In this document: positions 11,584 through 24,620 of the stretch, one piece after another
Layout: each line of letters opens with the position of its first letter
How positions within the stretch are numbered: position 1 is the first letter of the stretch
DNA from: Dicyema japonicum
Taxonomy: Eukaryota; Animalia; Dicyemida
Assembly: GCA_011109175.1 (NCBI GenBank)
Contig: RDEW01000006.1
Location: 129,612-193,611, forward strand
DNA: 64,000 nt
Direction of reading: 5' to 3'
Notes under the pieces: generated by a model
Databases searched by the model: none
What the model was told of the DNA's origin: nothing
Seen by the model: only the letters and a program-made list of their open reading frames with translations
Position numbers and translations under genes: made by a program

Positions 11584-13928
11584 TTAAAAACTTGTTTGGA
11601 AGCTGCCGAATGAATTTAAGACATTCATACTGAATGGATTTTTTCTAAATTTGAATCTTCAAAATACCTTTTGTAGTAAAACACCCAAGGATCACTCCAA
11701 TCACCACTAAAATTCCAAAGAAAAGTCCCACTCCGAGGGCGACCGAATTGGATTTCTTAGCTAAAAATAACAATAATTGGAGACAAGATGCCACATTGGT
11801 GCTATGTACGGATTCTAGACTTTAGTTTATAAAATACGAGTCGATGTAGCAGGGGTTCGTTTGTACAGGGGTTGTGGTGTAGTAGTCGTGGTGGTGGTTT
11901 TGGTCGTACTCTTGGTCTTGGAGGAAGTCCGGGTTGGAGAATCTAAATATTATTGAACGCTGAACTTTCTCCAACACAAACGGGGACATATTTGTTCTTG
12001 CATGAGTTGGTGATCCATGTCCCATTTGTGGTGACACTAACGCAAGAGATATCAAAATCGTTTGATTTAGGCTCCCCAGGTGCCCAATTTGGGGTTTTCT
12101 AATCATAAGGAGCTTAACCAACCTCCGGTGAAGATCCAACCCATGTGACCTCTGTATCGTTCCATACTATCCTGTAATCCATGTGAAGTTGATGTTTTTA
12201 ATATCTAAGATAAGGAACTAGTAAAACTGTCGTTTATCTGTTGGATAACGTATCCGTCAGTCGTTTGGACGAGATACTGTCCATAGTAGGAGCACAGTTT
12301 TGCCGAGTCATGGAAGCTCTTTAGATATCCGAATATAGTGTAGGTCAATGAGTTTACCTGTATCGAATATCCCTCATCCGGTGATTCTATTGGATGTTAT
12401 ATTCACCAGTAAACGGTAATAGCTCTGTGTGCAATTGATATTCGCTTGTCTCTGTTCGCTCGCTTTCCTCCTGCAGATGAAAGTTTCGTTAGTGCACTTG
12501 TCGTTCATCCACTTGCTAGAGTCGTAGGCGCAGTACACACAAGGTTTGGAGGCAAGCATTTTGGGATAGCCTTTTTCCCAGTTGGTATAGTTCTGGGATA
12601 ATTAAATCTCTTACATTTTCGAAACCATCTCCTCTCACGAACAAGTGCTTTACGTGTATCTGACCAAAGTTAAGACCAATAGAGTAAGACGAGCTCTCTG
12701 AAATCATAAATCGAGTCACCCATGACGGCACAGTTTTCATCCTGGTTTATGGGGACGTAAAGAACTTCATCACGTTCCTCACAGAGGGATTGGGCTTCTT
12801 TTTTACAAGGGGAATATCAAAGACGTAAAATGTGTAATTCTGGTTATAAAATACCTGGGCATAATAATCTTAAATCTCATGGTTAAAATTACATTTTCGG
12901 TTTCGTCACTACAGTTTGCAGGGGTTGCACCGCTGACCACGGAATCTGCCACGTTGATATTTATTACCCCTACCTGTCTCGCAGATAACTTCGTTGCTGT
13001 CCGTGCAACTTATTGAATAGAAACTTCCGCTGGAATCTCTTCTTACACAGTTTTTGTTTATCTGGGGATTTCTTGCTCCCCATGGAAGGTATTCCTTAAT
13101 CATAAATGGAAATATTACCGCTGAATACCCCTTATCCGTATAAAAATCCCCATCCTGTGAAGTAATCCCTACGTAACTGTATCCAGTCGAGTACCCTAAA
13201 ATAAATTTTCCTTAAGACCGTGGATAACACAGTTCTCGATCCGCTGTTTGGAATGAACAGATAAGCATTGTTGTCTTTCTTGCAAATCTTTATAGCCGTT
13301 TGATAGTCACGTGGGACGTCGTAAACATAATACGAGTGTCCACGATAAGAGATCAGATAGTTGTAGTTTACTACCTTATGAGCAAATCTTACTGTTAGGA
13401 CCTTTCCGCTAGTAATGTTGACCGCATTGGAATTTGTCGAATCTACAATGATGTCCTAACATTACCCTTCTCGCATATTATATACCTCCATGGGATGTAT
13501 GACTCCAGTATCCGTTAACAGTCAACTGACTCTGCTTATAGATGAAATTGATGAGGATGATCCCCAATTAGAGTAGGTCTGTATTAAAGATATCACAATA
13601 CTATTTCTTGCGTGTGTAGCTGTAATATTTACCGTCTCCATCTGTAAACTCCAATGGCTCGATCTTTCCTCATAATACCTAATTGAGAACATTAAGCATT
13701 ACTGGAGAGTGCAGTATTCTCCGCTCGTCTTTATGTCCACAATATACATACTACTCCACTGCAGTACCAATCAATCCAGCTCAAATAATTAGAATATGTC
13801 TATAATTATAGGAATGTCCGTTGTAGTTATAATAGTTATCAGATAATATTCCTGTAAGTTATATTGACCACTTACTGCTAGAGAATACAAATAGGACTAT
13901 AAAGTAAAACCAATGACTAACTAATCAT
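11584..13928 (-). CDS. Type I membrane protein with 3-4 tandem C-type lectin domains, Thr-rich stalk, TM helix and short tail
   Basis: CTLD motifs ICKKDNNAYL..PWGARNPQINKNCV..SCTDSNEVICET; LCEERDEVL..NWEKGYPK..KWMNDKCTNETFICRRK; NWAPGEPKS..SCVSVTTNGTWITNSCKNKYVPVC. Then SPTRTSSKTKSTTKTTTTTTTP and VALGVGLFFGILVVI. Many introns of 22-28 nt and a few apparent homopolymer frameshifts; the N-terminal exons are uncertain. Confidence 0.8.
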
Positions 13929-15239
13929 ATTCGGGAAGCCCATCAACAGATAATAGCATTTTCTCGTTATATACCTGCTTTTATTGCAACCCTTAATTTG
14001 ATTTCTTTGTTTTATTTTGTGGTTTTTTAATTTTATAAAATATTAGCCATTTTTGCTGGACTTTTGTTTCTTCAGCTTATGAATTGGGGAAACTCAAAAA
14101 CTGTATTTTCGACGACAAAGCAGCTTTCCATTTAAATAGCAGTAAAAAGTCGATAATGATTCAAATGAAATTCAAGATTAATGGGTGGCTCGTTTAAATT
14201 TTTATAAACCACAATTGTTGTTATTGAGATTCGAATCAAGAGCATTATGTATCCGAAACATCCTCGTCTAGAAATTTCGTATATCCAATGTCTCCCAAGT
14301 CCGTCATTTCGTCCATTCATGAGCGAAAAGAGAGGTAAAATTGTTCTGAGAAGATAAATTGTTCTGAGAAGACATTTTATGAAATAGAGGCACGTCACCA
14401 CTTTAGCATCCACCAAATAACATGGTTACACCCATTCCAGCTGCAGCACCAATCAGTCCAGTTTACAAAGGCGGAGAATACTGCACTCTCCAGTAATCCT
14501 AATTGTGCTGACTTAATCACCGTTTACTGTTAAAATGAGAAATTGTACTTTTTTCAAAAAACAGTAATATCGGCAAAACTAAGATCTTGGACATCAATTT
14601 GAGATAAGCTGGATTCTATTTGTGGTAGCAAAATAAATACTTTGTGGTATTCAGTTCACCTCATGTTGTCGTGCCCAGATTGTTCCACCATCAGCTTTTT
14701 TCTGTATGGCAACTCAAAAAATGATTATCGACAAAGAATTCCTTTGATCTTCCTCAAATCCGTTTCTATAGAGATTATGGTCGTATCCTTACTATTGACT
14801 TCTTCACTGTGGACTCACCCGTCGTATGTCAAAGGGTATCCTTTAAATGGTTCTTTCGAACTCTGCTGTTTGCATGTACACGTGGACTTTTGCATCCACT
14901 TCCAATTGTCTCAACTATCCCTTGCGAACTTTATCTGACACATTAATTCTCAAATTCCGCTTCAGTCCCGACCCAGGTCATACTTCTAAGCAAGCCGAGG
15001 ATCAAGAGGAAGAAGCACCGAAGCATTTCGGAGGATCACTTGTCCCATTTGATGTTGAGACGTCGAGAATCTCTCGGTTTTCACAGCCTCTAGGAATTGA
15101 TGTTTACTATCAGTTACCACCTAGACCTTTTAAAAATCTGCATGTACGTGTAAACCTAAGTGACTACTCAAAGTGGGGTCATTTAATTTGCTCGAATCCT
15201 CGCTCTACGAGCTGGTCGGAAGCAGAGGTAAACTCTTCA

Positions 15240-15990
15240 TCGGAGACCTTCAGCTAACTTTCGGGACTCCTTTTCAACACAATTGATTGGATGTAAATCC
15301 TCGTTGCTATTTCAACAGATAACTTACTCATATAATTCTTGAAGTATTCCGAGACAACTCCATCCCAGGTCATACCAGATAATCTTTACTTGACAATCGT
15401 AAAGAGGAGAACGTTCTCCCGCAAGGAGGTCATCCTTGTGGTACTTCTCGACATCAACTTGTTTGAGGCGATCCTGAGAAGTAATGTCCACTTCAATTTG
15501 CATTGTCATTTTTGATATTGCTGTACACGGATATGTCAGGCTTATTGAAGTGACTGAACAAGTGCCTCTTCAGCTTGTTTGCCTTTTAACCCCGTATATT
15601 CTGCAGAGATGCAAATGAACACACTTCACCACTTCGTTGTGCCTTCGGACATAATCACTAACATTTTACACTGAGTGACCAAGTGATCAACAGTCTTCTT
15701 GTTTTCTTACAATAATCGCATAACGATCCCATACTTGAGAAAAACAGGTTCCTATCGTGCAATAGACAGAATAAAGCTTCACTCATTTGACTGTTATTTC
15801 CAGTCGATGGGCCAAGGTTTCCAGATTCCTTCACACATTTATAGAGCACTGAATGTAACGATTTCCAATTTATTCCATCCATTAGATATTCTTTCTGGAT
15901 GGTCTTGACGGACTCTATATTAATATTCTCCTTGTCAGTTTGTGGAATCAAACACAATAAACTTACATCAATGAGTGAACAGAACATGAT
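15240..15990 (-). mobile_element. R4/Dong-like non-LTR retrotransposon C-terminus (CCHC finger plus restriction-like endonuclease)
   Basis: EALFCLLHDRNLFF..LCDYCKK, DYVRRHNEVVKC, IEVDITSQDRLKQVDVEKYHKDDLLA, YIQSIVLK. Confidence 0.8.
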
Positions 15991-16289
15991 TGATTGTTTA
16001 CCTAATCACAGAGTTAAAATAAGGATATCCTTCAGAAATATTTGATTTGTACAAAAACAGAGAAATTAATTCAAAAAAGTATCCTTATTACTCATAAGGA
16101 TTAAAAATCGCCCCCCCCCCCCGAGCGAATCGTCCCTCGTTGAGAAACACTGAAAAAGAGATAGCTTTAGACAAATAATTATTTAGGTTAAGGTAGACCA
16201 GATATTAAATTTAAATTGACTGGATATAGAAGTTGGTGATGAAAAATGCTTTCACAGATTTTGGTCCTGTTAATTAATTTATTAACCCC

Positions 16290-16545
16290 GGATACACCGA
16301 GGAAGAAGTTAACGTAAACAACTAATTAAGTGTATCCAGTTTCCACTTCCACAGAAACAGAGTCCATCCGGAATCAGCATAAAGGGTAAAAGACGTCCAT
16401 ACTTGTAGTTGTGGAAACCCCTCCAGTGGAGTGGGGAGAGGAAATGATCCTTTTTCGTACCAGCCAAGCACTGGGGGCCACCTAGACAGGTGGATCACAT
16501 GATGCCACTCTAATAGGAAGAGAGAAGGAACAGACAAATTCAAAT
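16290..16545 (-). repeat. LINE 3'-end fragment; close paralog at 29100-29370 (+)
   Basis: Near-identical sequence (ORF track LQVWTSFTLY.DSGWTLFLWK in both copies); ends ggatacacttaattag...ccggggttaataaat. Confidence 0.8.
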
Positions 16546-16879
16546 TCCTTTACTAATTATGGAGGTAGACTCACAATAGTCTCTGTTGTCGGTTATGGAG
16601 TTTCCAAGAAAAATATATTGGCTCATAAAAGTTAAATAAGCAAAATATTGGGGTTACCTAGCTATCTTAAATTGGAACGAGGGAAGGATAACTGATGAAC
16701 CAGAACTATAAAGTGACCCAGAAATTACTCTATTGATCTATCAACTTGGCACGGTGGATCTGGGTTTGCTGTTGTAGTCGCTTAATGGTTTAGCCTTTTT
16801 TACTCGAAGTGAATAAAGTTGCAAAAGACTCGGTTGGTAAACCTTGGTTTAGATCAGAAATTGCAAAAACTTTTATTTT

Positions 16880-17410
16880 ATTTATTTTAAAACCCCAATA
16901 CCACCAAAAAGAATTAATTTGCTAAATTAAGTGATCCCAGCCTCCAACATCTCTCGAATTCTCATCGAATGCTCCGCCAGTGAACCAACAGCGATTCTGA
17001 AATGTCTTCTTTTATTTCTGCAGAGAATTCTATCGGAGTGCACTTTTTTATGCCGATCTGAATTCCTCCGCATGAACCACCCTCTCTCTGAATGAGTTTC
17101 CTCGCTCATTGCACATACGTAGGAAGCCCTGGCCATTTCTCACCTCACTCCTCTGAAAAGACTGGGATGGATGTGGAGTCTGATTGAATATGCCTCATGA
17201 TCTTCCGTCTGAGAGAGTTCATACGCTCCACCCTCGTAGAAGGAATAGCGAATCTCCAGAAGAACGGCATATTCAATCGTCGGCGCAATAACTTGGAGAA
17301 ATACTTTGCTGATACAAGCAGTAGGAGGGCTCTTTCTTACGATGGCTTTTAGACGTTCCATTTTCAAAGACCCTTGGTTAACATCTCCTTCGTGTGACTG
17401 GGAACGTTAG
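16880..17410 (-). mobile_element. LINE 3' portion; close paralog at 40470-40985 (+)
   Basis: VIAPTIEYA (post-RT motif), AGIT-stop, A-rich tail. The two copies align along their length. Confidence 0.8.
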
Positions 17411-17419
17411 AGAGTCGAA

Positions 17420-19900
17420 AGTTACTCCAAGGATTTACTGGTTTTGCGTATAAAGGATGGGAATGTTTCCGAGGAATATTTCAAGTTTACCTTTAAATCT
17501 TCTGTCCGTAGTAAATAGGGTGAACTAAGACTTGTATGCAGACATAGACAGCAAACTTCATAGATAGCCAGCCACACACTTGGTTGAGATGTGACTGAAC
17601 CACCACAGCCCTGGAGGGAGATTTGTCCTTTGCAGCGATAATCAGGTCGTCCGCATAAGATAAAAACATACTGTCCTGGTCATTGATAGTAGGTAAATCG
17701 TGTAGAAATAAATTAAATAAGAGAGGAGACAGAGGAGCCTGAAAGACCCCATTAGGGAGTAGTCTAGATTTTGAAGTAATTTTTCCAATCCGGACTCTTC
17801 CATGTGGGTCATTTAATAAATTTTCCAGCCATAGCATGATGCTCTGATGTAAATTTGAGTTAAGATCTTTGTCAGGAGAGTTCGAAAACGAGTCGAAGGC
17901 TTTCTATATATCTATAGACACCAGAGCCGTCCGTAAGTGCGTCTTCATGTTGAAGCCGTCCGTGATGAACTGGAGACAAATCCCAAATGCGTCGTTGTAG
18001 AACAACCTGATCTGAAGCCATGTTGAAAATCAGGAAATTGTAGAACAGGGGTGATTAACATTAGTACAATCTTCTCCAACACTTTTGACAAGGCGTAAGC
18101 TATGGAGACAGGGCGGTAAGAGGATGGAATATTTTCCAGGCTTGAGGATTGGAGTAATCAATGAGTTCTTCCATATGTTTGGTATTGTATGGGAATTTAT
18201 AGACTGGTTGTATAGTCTTGATGACACAATATGAGCCTGAGGTCCTAGGTGTTTGAGGTGGATAGCACAGACACCGTCGGGTCACAGGCTCGGGTTGGTC
18301 GTAGAAATTTAATAGTCATTTCCACGTCGTACAGAGTGAAGAACGTCGTATATGTCGACTGTTGTGGACCACCTCGTTTGACATGCAGTGATCGAGAGAA
18401 GTCCTTATGGCTGATCGACACATAGTATTTCATGAGGTTATTAGCGAGTTTCCGTACATGTTCCAGACAAAGGTAACGGTTTCCACTCCGCCGTCATCTT
18501 CCTTTTTGAGGCTGTTGATACTCTTTAGTGTCTTCCAGAAGGTTTCAAACGAGTTCTTGTGGCATAGTCGACCAACAAGCCGAGTTTACTTGTGTCTGTG
18601 TTTATCACGGATTAGTTGGGAAATTATGCGATTTAGAGAGCGTATGGGCGATATAGAGCCATCTGATTGCATTCCGGTTTTCTTCAAGGCATCCCGTTTT
18701 TTGATAAGTTCCAAAATGCCCCAAGATAGTTTCGGAATTTTCTGTAAGAGGATAATGGGATGAACGTTCTGTCCGCTTTTCGAATAACTGAAGTTAGCAT
18801 CATGGCAGCCTTGTCAACTGGGAAGTCTTCCACAGCGAGTCCCGATAGACACTTATCCACATACGTGGTGAATCCAAACCAATTTTCCTTCGAATAGTTC
18901 TTGAAGTTTTGTAGAACATCTTGGCAGACAAATAGATCTTTTGAGTTTCTAGACAATTGTGGTACGGTCGCTTGTAGAACCATAAAGAGCATCTCATGAA
19001 AGATATCCAGCAAGGTAGGGAGTGCATGATGACAAGTCCGGGGAAGTATCGCCTAACTGGCATCAGTGAGAAGTCCGTCACAACCCTATTTACACCAGAA
19101 GAGACTGGGAAGACGGACGGTAGATCTGAGGGCAAACAATGGAATTATTTCTTTTATAAGATCTCAAAAGATCCATGAGGTGACTTTTGACATGCACATG
19201 TTATTCTCACTCCATGTAAAAAACGTTATATTAATATATCAAAAGTATTCGATGTTGGAAGGATACAATGTCTGTTTGAGGACGCACACAGATATTGGTC
19301 TCAACGAGGCTGGTGAGTTTTTGGGTTTCAAAAATAGGTCATATGGACGGGATTGTGTTCCCACTGATTGAGAAGTTGTAAATTTGAATTAAAGCCACAA
19401 TAACCCTAGGACCTATGGTTTAGAGTACTTTGATTGAGATTCCATCCGGTCTCCTGGAATAAGGTGACTTTTGTTCTTGAATCGACTGTTGTGGAGTCTT
19501 TTGGGTTTGATGATGAAAGGGTGGGACCTTCAAATAAAAGTCAGAGATGAGTAGTACTTCATGATCTTGTTTGGAAGGTTCTTGTTTTCCAGGTCATCGT
19601 ATGAAAACGTTTTCTCGAGATTGGTGAAGTCCCGAAGTGTTTTCATATCCTCAAGAAAGTGTTCTCTGCTCATGGAGGACATGAGACCATGCCAGTACAT
19701 CTCGTACCTTTCATTTGATCGAAACCTCTCCCTGATTTCTCGAAATTGATTTTGAAGGTTTTTAAATAATTTCCTTCTTTGGTACTGAGATATCCCTCCC
19801 CCCACTACTCTATTCAATTAGGAACTTGGAGTTTTCCGTATTATAACCATATAATAGTCGACGAAACCGGAGTCATTTACTCAAAGAAGGTACACAATCA
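17420..19900 (-). mobile_element. Ingi/Vingi-like LINE (APE plus RT), rearranged; 19530-19817 may be its upstream ORF
   Basis: NGVFQAPLSPLLFNLFLHDLP, FLSYADDLIIAA, FITDGFN..RTALVSID..KAFDS, IPNIWKNSLITPILKPGK. Confidence 0.8.
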
Positions 19901-20002
19901 ATGTTGTCACCTTTCAAAGATCTTATTGACAAGTCTCCGATAACAATGTTCCTTTACTGACAAAATTCGAAAGGATTAATCGAATTAATCTTCCATATAT
20001 GC

Positions 20003-20774
20003 CACGTGTACAGTGAAATAATTACTGTCCTCAGATATAAATCGAATAATTCCGCGATTACCGGAACGGATATCCCGGATTTTCAATTAAACAACGATGG
20101 TTATGACGTATTTGAATGAATTAATAAGAACTAATATAAAACTACTATCCCCCACGTGTCAAGGAATGTTAATCTCCCATTAATAGGTCACAGTAATACA
20201 AATCAATAATCCTTCGCAAACAATCAAACCAGCAAAAGTATATCAGAACTATTCCAACAATGACAGTCAATTCCTGTCCCAATGCACGTGTCAAACTATT
20301 AAACCAATAAATACAGGAACACGTGCGACATAATTTTCCACGTGGGATTAATTAGCACTATCAACAAAGACACTCGTCCAGACACGTGTGACTTATTTGT
20401 GGAGTATTAATGACATACCCGAAATAGCTGTATCAATTCCTTTCATCTCCATAACAACCAAACCACCGCACCCAATTATATATATACACGTGGTATTGAA
20501 CCCATAATTGACATAACTAACCATCCTATGACACGAGGAAGACAAAGTCTTCAAACTTAGATGATTACCTTTTACAACCAACTACCACGTGCACAATCTA
20601 ATTGGTTTTGCCGTACAAAAACAGCACCACGTCCCACAACATAAGAAACGTGGCAGACCAATAATCACAAACTCATAAGTGTATAGCCAAAACTAACTCC
20701 CGCGCCTCTCACAATCCAAATGCCTCACACAACACCAAATAGCCACTTATATCGCGCAAATACAGTACCACGTG
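20003..20774. promoter_or_regulatory. Cluster of nine CACGTG (E-box/G-box) palindromes with non-repetitive spacers
   Basis: Exact CACGTG at 20003, 20153, 20285, 20320, 20339, 20383, 20487, 20586 and 20769, plus CACGTC and AACGTG variants. No coding signal found. The motif count is direct; the function is inferred. Confidence 0.5.
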
Positions 20775-20883
20775 TCCTACAACTCTAACCAAACACACCT
20801 ATGGTCGTGGTAAACCAATACTCAGCAAACACCCACCTAAATAAAATATAACAAAACAATAATCCGCATAAGACAAAATGATG

Positions 20884-21592
20884 TTAATGATTTCCATTTT
20901 TGCCTCTTCCGGTCCCCTCCTCAAAGGTTCCATTCGGAATTCAAACATATGTGTAACGTCCGTCGACTTCTTCCTTGTCTTTTTCACAACAGGCTCCTCC
21001 TCCTTAACTTCAATCCCAATAGATCTCTTGTACTCGTCCAGAGTCCGGTACTTCACGCCTTCATCCCTGTTCTCCCTATGGTCATAGTTACTACTACCTT
21101 TCGACCACTGATTCCTCGTGCCTCTTTTCAAAGGACTCCTCCCTCAAGTCATCCTTAAAGTTCCCCAATTGTTCCGTCCAGCCCCTTGACGTTTGTAGTA
21201 AGGTCGTGCTCCACTACTGTTAACGAAAACACTACCTTCTCGGGTCCCCACTGTGGCGATCATTAAATCGCCGACCAGTCTCTTCTTCTTGGCGTCTTCT
21301 TGGCTGATAGGAGGTCTCCCTTGGTTTACTTGGATTATAGAAACACAAACTCATTCTGGGGGTAGAAGTTTCGGTTGTAACGACGTTCCACGTGGAAAAC
21401 CACGGATTTTTTACCGTTTTTAGGTTGTTCAGGATTAGTTTCATTCTGTCCTTCCACCACAGGTTGAGGTTTCTGAGGTTCAGACTGTTTTTCCGCCTCT
21501 TCCTGTCGTTTGGGCTTAGTCTTAACCTCCTTATTAGAGAAATTGGGTTGGTAATTACGCTGCCTGTTCGTACCAATACCGTCCTTGTTCAT
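20884..21592 (-). CDS. SERBP1: SERBP1/HABP4-family mRNA/ribosome-binding protein
   Basis: Spliced RRFNDRHSGDPRSGARPYYKRQGAGRNNWG..KDDL and YRTLDEYKRS match the family motifs DRHSG, G.G..NWG and TLDEWK. Three 22-nt introns, one -1 homopolymer frameshift; the 3' end is approximate. Confidence 0.8.
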
Positions 21593-22229
21593 ACGCGTTA
21601 GTGCTGCATTGCAATGGTATTTATAATAATTTAGGTCTGCCGCTATAATTGATATTTTAAAATCTATTTTTAGAATTTATTATAACTAATATTAATTCAA
21701 TTGTGCTATTTGTTTGATTTTTATTTGTTTTATAATAATTTTTTTTAATTTGTAAGGAAACAATTAAAATTTTAATCTAAACAACAAATCAATTTATTAC
21801 TAAAAATAATTAAATATGACGAAATTAGAAATATTTTAATTTTAAATTGGGTTAATTTTTACTGTCTAATTAATATGACATAAAAACGTGTCTGTTTTTG
21901 ATTTTATTGTTAAAAATCACCCAATTGCTAAACTCATTCGTTCGTATAAATTTTCATTCTGATGGAGTGCTTTATCGAGTGTTTTGATGTTTTCTTAGGG
22001 ATTAAGTCTACAAGAAATTTTATTTAGCTTTTTTTATTGTCAGTCCCTGATAGGGAATTGAGGAGAGAAGTTTGGGATTCAAATTCCATAGTTATTTTCA
22101 AAAAGCTTAGATTGGCTAAAGAGAGTGTACGCGAATCTTTATCTTAAGCGGCAAAAAATGATTATTAATGACGTTATCAATTTTTTTTGTAACTTTGGTC
22201 TAACTGTCATTATCTCATCTGTTCTTTTG

Positions 22230-22990
22230 TTAGAGATATTGACTTTAATAATTTATTCCTTGAATTTAATTTGACGGGTATTAACGATATTGTGTTAACT
22301 TCGCGAGATCGAGACATCCAGAAGACCACAGAAGGAATACAAATTAACCTGGACCAGCTTAATGCTTGGAAGGTGGAAAACTGGCTCATGGTGAATGCAG
22401 AGAAGTCGTCCACGTCCCTTTTTTACCTCTGACAAAAGATTGGGAGGGAAGACAGTCACCTTGAATTTAAACAAGTTCGACATCCCTTTCAACAGATGTC
22501 AAAGGATTCTTGGGTGTGACAATCGATATGCATCTCTGTTTGACACCACACGTGGAAAGCATTCTGTTGAAATGCGAGAAGAAACTGAACGTATTGAAAA
22601 GATTATCGGGAATTTGGAAGAGTGCTACTCACCTGGTCCTGATGAACATGTACAAGCAGTACATCGAGTTATGTTTCTCATATGCATGCGCCTCGTAGGG
22701 ACCGTCCATATCTTGGACAAATATGAGGATAATCGAGGAAATGCAAAAGAAGGCTTACAGAGTAACGGAAGATTTGTGAAGATCACCGAACCGGACTGAC
22801 CCCTCTGAAGAGACTAGACTCCAGATCACGGGAATGTGGACCTGAAAAATCAGTCAGCCGTCCAGTACGTTCATTCGCGGGCACGAGGGATGAACGCCAA
22901 CCAAAGATGAGGTCGCTGTTGTAATGTATCGGGATCACATGATAATTAGTTTGGTTTTACCGTGGTCTTGGGTTGTTAAATAAATAAATA
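22230..22990 (+). mobile_element. Ingi/Vingi-like LINE RT C-terminus plus 3' UTR (paralog of 2360-2936)
   Basis: NAEKSSTSLFTSDKRLG, RILGVTIDMHLCLTPHVE; ends gggatcacatgataattagtttggttttaccgtggtcttgg and an A-rich tail. Confidence 0.8.
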
Positions 22991-23899
22991 ACAATTACTA
23001 ATATATTGATGACGTCATCAGTTTGAAAAGTGGTTGCTTCTATTTACTTTATGTTAACCGCATTACGAATTTTGGATTAAGCCTAATTGATTAGTGAGTT
23101 TTACTTAATCTTACCACAAAGTCGGTTTATGGTTAAGCTGATTGAGGATATAGAACTGATGACATCTTATGATCCTAAATTATAACCAAATAATATGGTT
23201 GGAACCATTGGTGGGCATTGGAAACAAGGACAACAACATTTATAAGGAGACTTGACAACAAATGGAAGTGAACCCTTTAATCAAACGAATTGAAAATTAT
23301 GGAGGATGGAATCGTTATACAAGGGGTACTTGAGATAGTTAGAAGTGGATAGAAATAGTCCTTGTACAACAAATGACTTGTATATGAGGTCTGTGATTAG
23401 TTAGGGATAACAGAAATCTTCACTAGGGTTGAGAATTTTGTGAATATAAGGAAACCTGCTCGGTTAATCTCTTGATTTTTGTCAACGACAGTCAGGACAG
23501 CTAAAGTGAGTCTTGTGATTTGAGATTGTGACAAATAGGGCATTTGTGATCATTTCACCAGATTCCCTAGAATTCCAGGGTCACTTGTGGAAGGGAACCG
23601 GAGCTAATGAATTACAGGGGAATGCGCATATTATTACGACTAAAGCTCCTTAAGGTCTTCCGCTGAAAGTTTCTGCTGGCTACTGGCAAACTTAACTAAA
23701 GGAACCAAGCTCCTCCTTATCCAGAAAGCATAGACGAAAAAAGAATACCCACTGAACGCGATCAACTTATTTTAATGAACCTATTTTTTATATGACAGTG
23801 GAGACAGTTTCGACAGAATAATCATTTTTACAAGAAAAAATCAATTTGCTATTACAACTTAAATTAAAGTAAATTAACATAAAGTAAAGTTATGACAGG

Positions 23900-24620
23900 T
23901 CTCCATTATGTCCTGCAAGCATTGAGCACATAATGGGAGCTATTTCTCATAATTGTGAGCCCACTGTCCTGGAAAAACTATTGCGTCATTCTAGGTTCCC
24001 CAAGCCGTTCGAATAATCTGATAAAATCAGACTTGCTCGGGTCAATAACGCCAGACGTCTCAGAGGAGATCGGCTGGACACAGAACCGGTCCACGATGCC
24101 GTGGTATTTCCTCCTTTACACATCTTCAGCAGTGTTCGCTGCGGAACCCAAGTGCAAAGATGATTTTATCAAATTCCCATTAGAGAAAGTTTCCATGCAT
24201 GTTGATCCGAAGTAAGACACCTCCCTCGGCCATGGCGCGGTTGTCACACCATCCGGTCTCTTGTCATCACCTCTGTCAAAGCCGGGGTTCCAAAAGGCAA
24301 GTAAACCCCGACTTTTCGATAGTTCTCATGACAGTCGCGATTCATATGGTGTGACGAGGGAATCTTTCGGATCTCCGTCTGGATGCCAGCGGTTGTAGTC
24401 CTTTCCTGTCAACCATCCCACCACATCGGCATCGGTGTTCCTAGCAGACGTCAAGCCTATCCGAAAAGCAACTCCAACGCGGATTGTATTCCCGTAAAGG
24501 AGAGTAACAACTGCAAATACCGGGAAGCCATTGAGCCAGGATTCCAAATTCTCAGCAGACGGTTAATTCAGACATATGCGACGGTGACGTGCCACCTTCA
24601 TCTAGCTTTTTTTCACAAAG
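23900..24620 (-). mobile_element. CRE-clade retrotransposon remnant (RLE C-terminus)
   Basis: SWLNGFP..IRVGVAFRIG, CRCGG, and decayed RPDG/ETSG motifs homologous to 30383-31433. Confidence 0.6.

Noticed and set aside
14642-15257. Plus-strand ORFs of 98 and 136 aa as genes
   Set aside because: No recognisable motifs; they lie antisense to decayed RTE- and R4-like sequence.
20003-20774. CRISPR-like array or satellite
   Set aside because: The shared unit is only 6 bp, spacing is irregular (19-180 bp), the context is eukaryotic and there are no cas-like ORFs.
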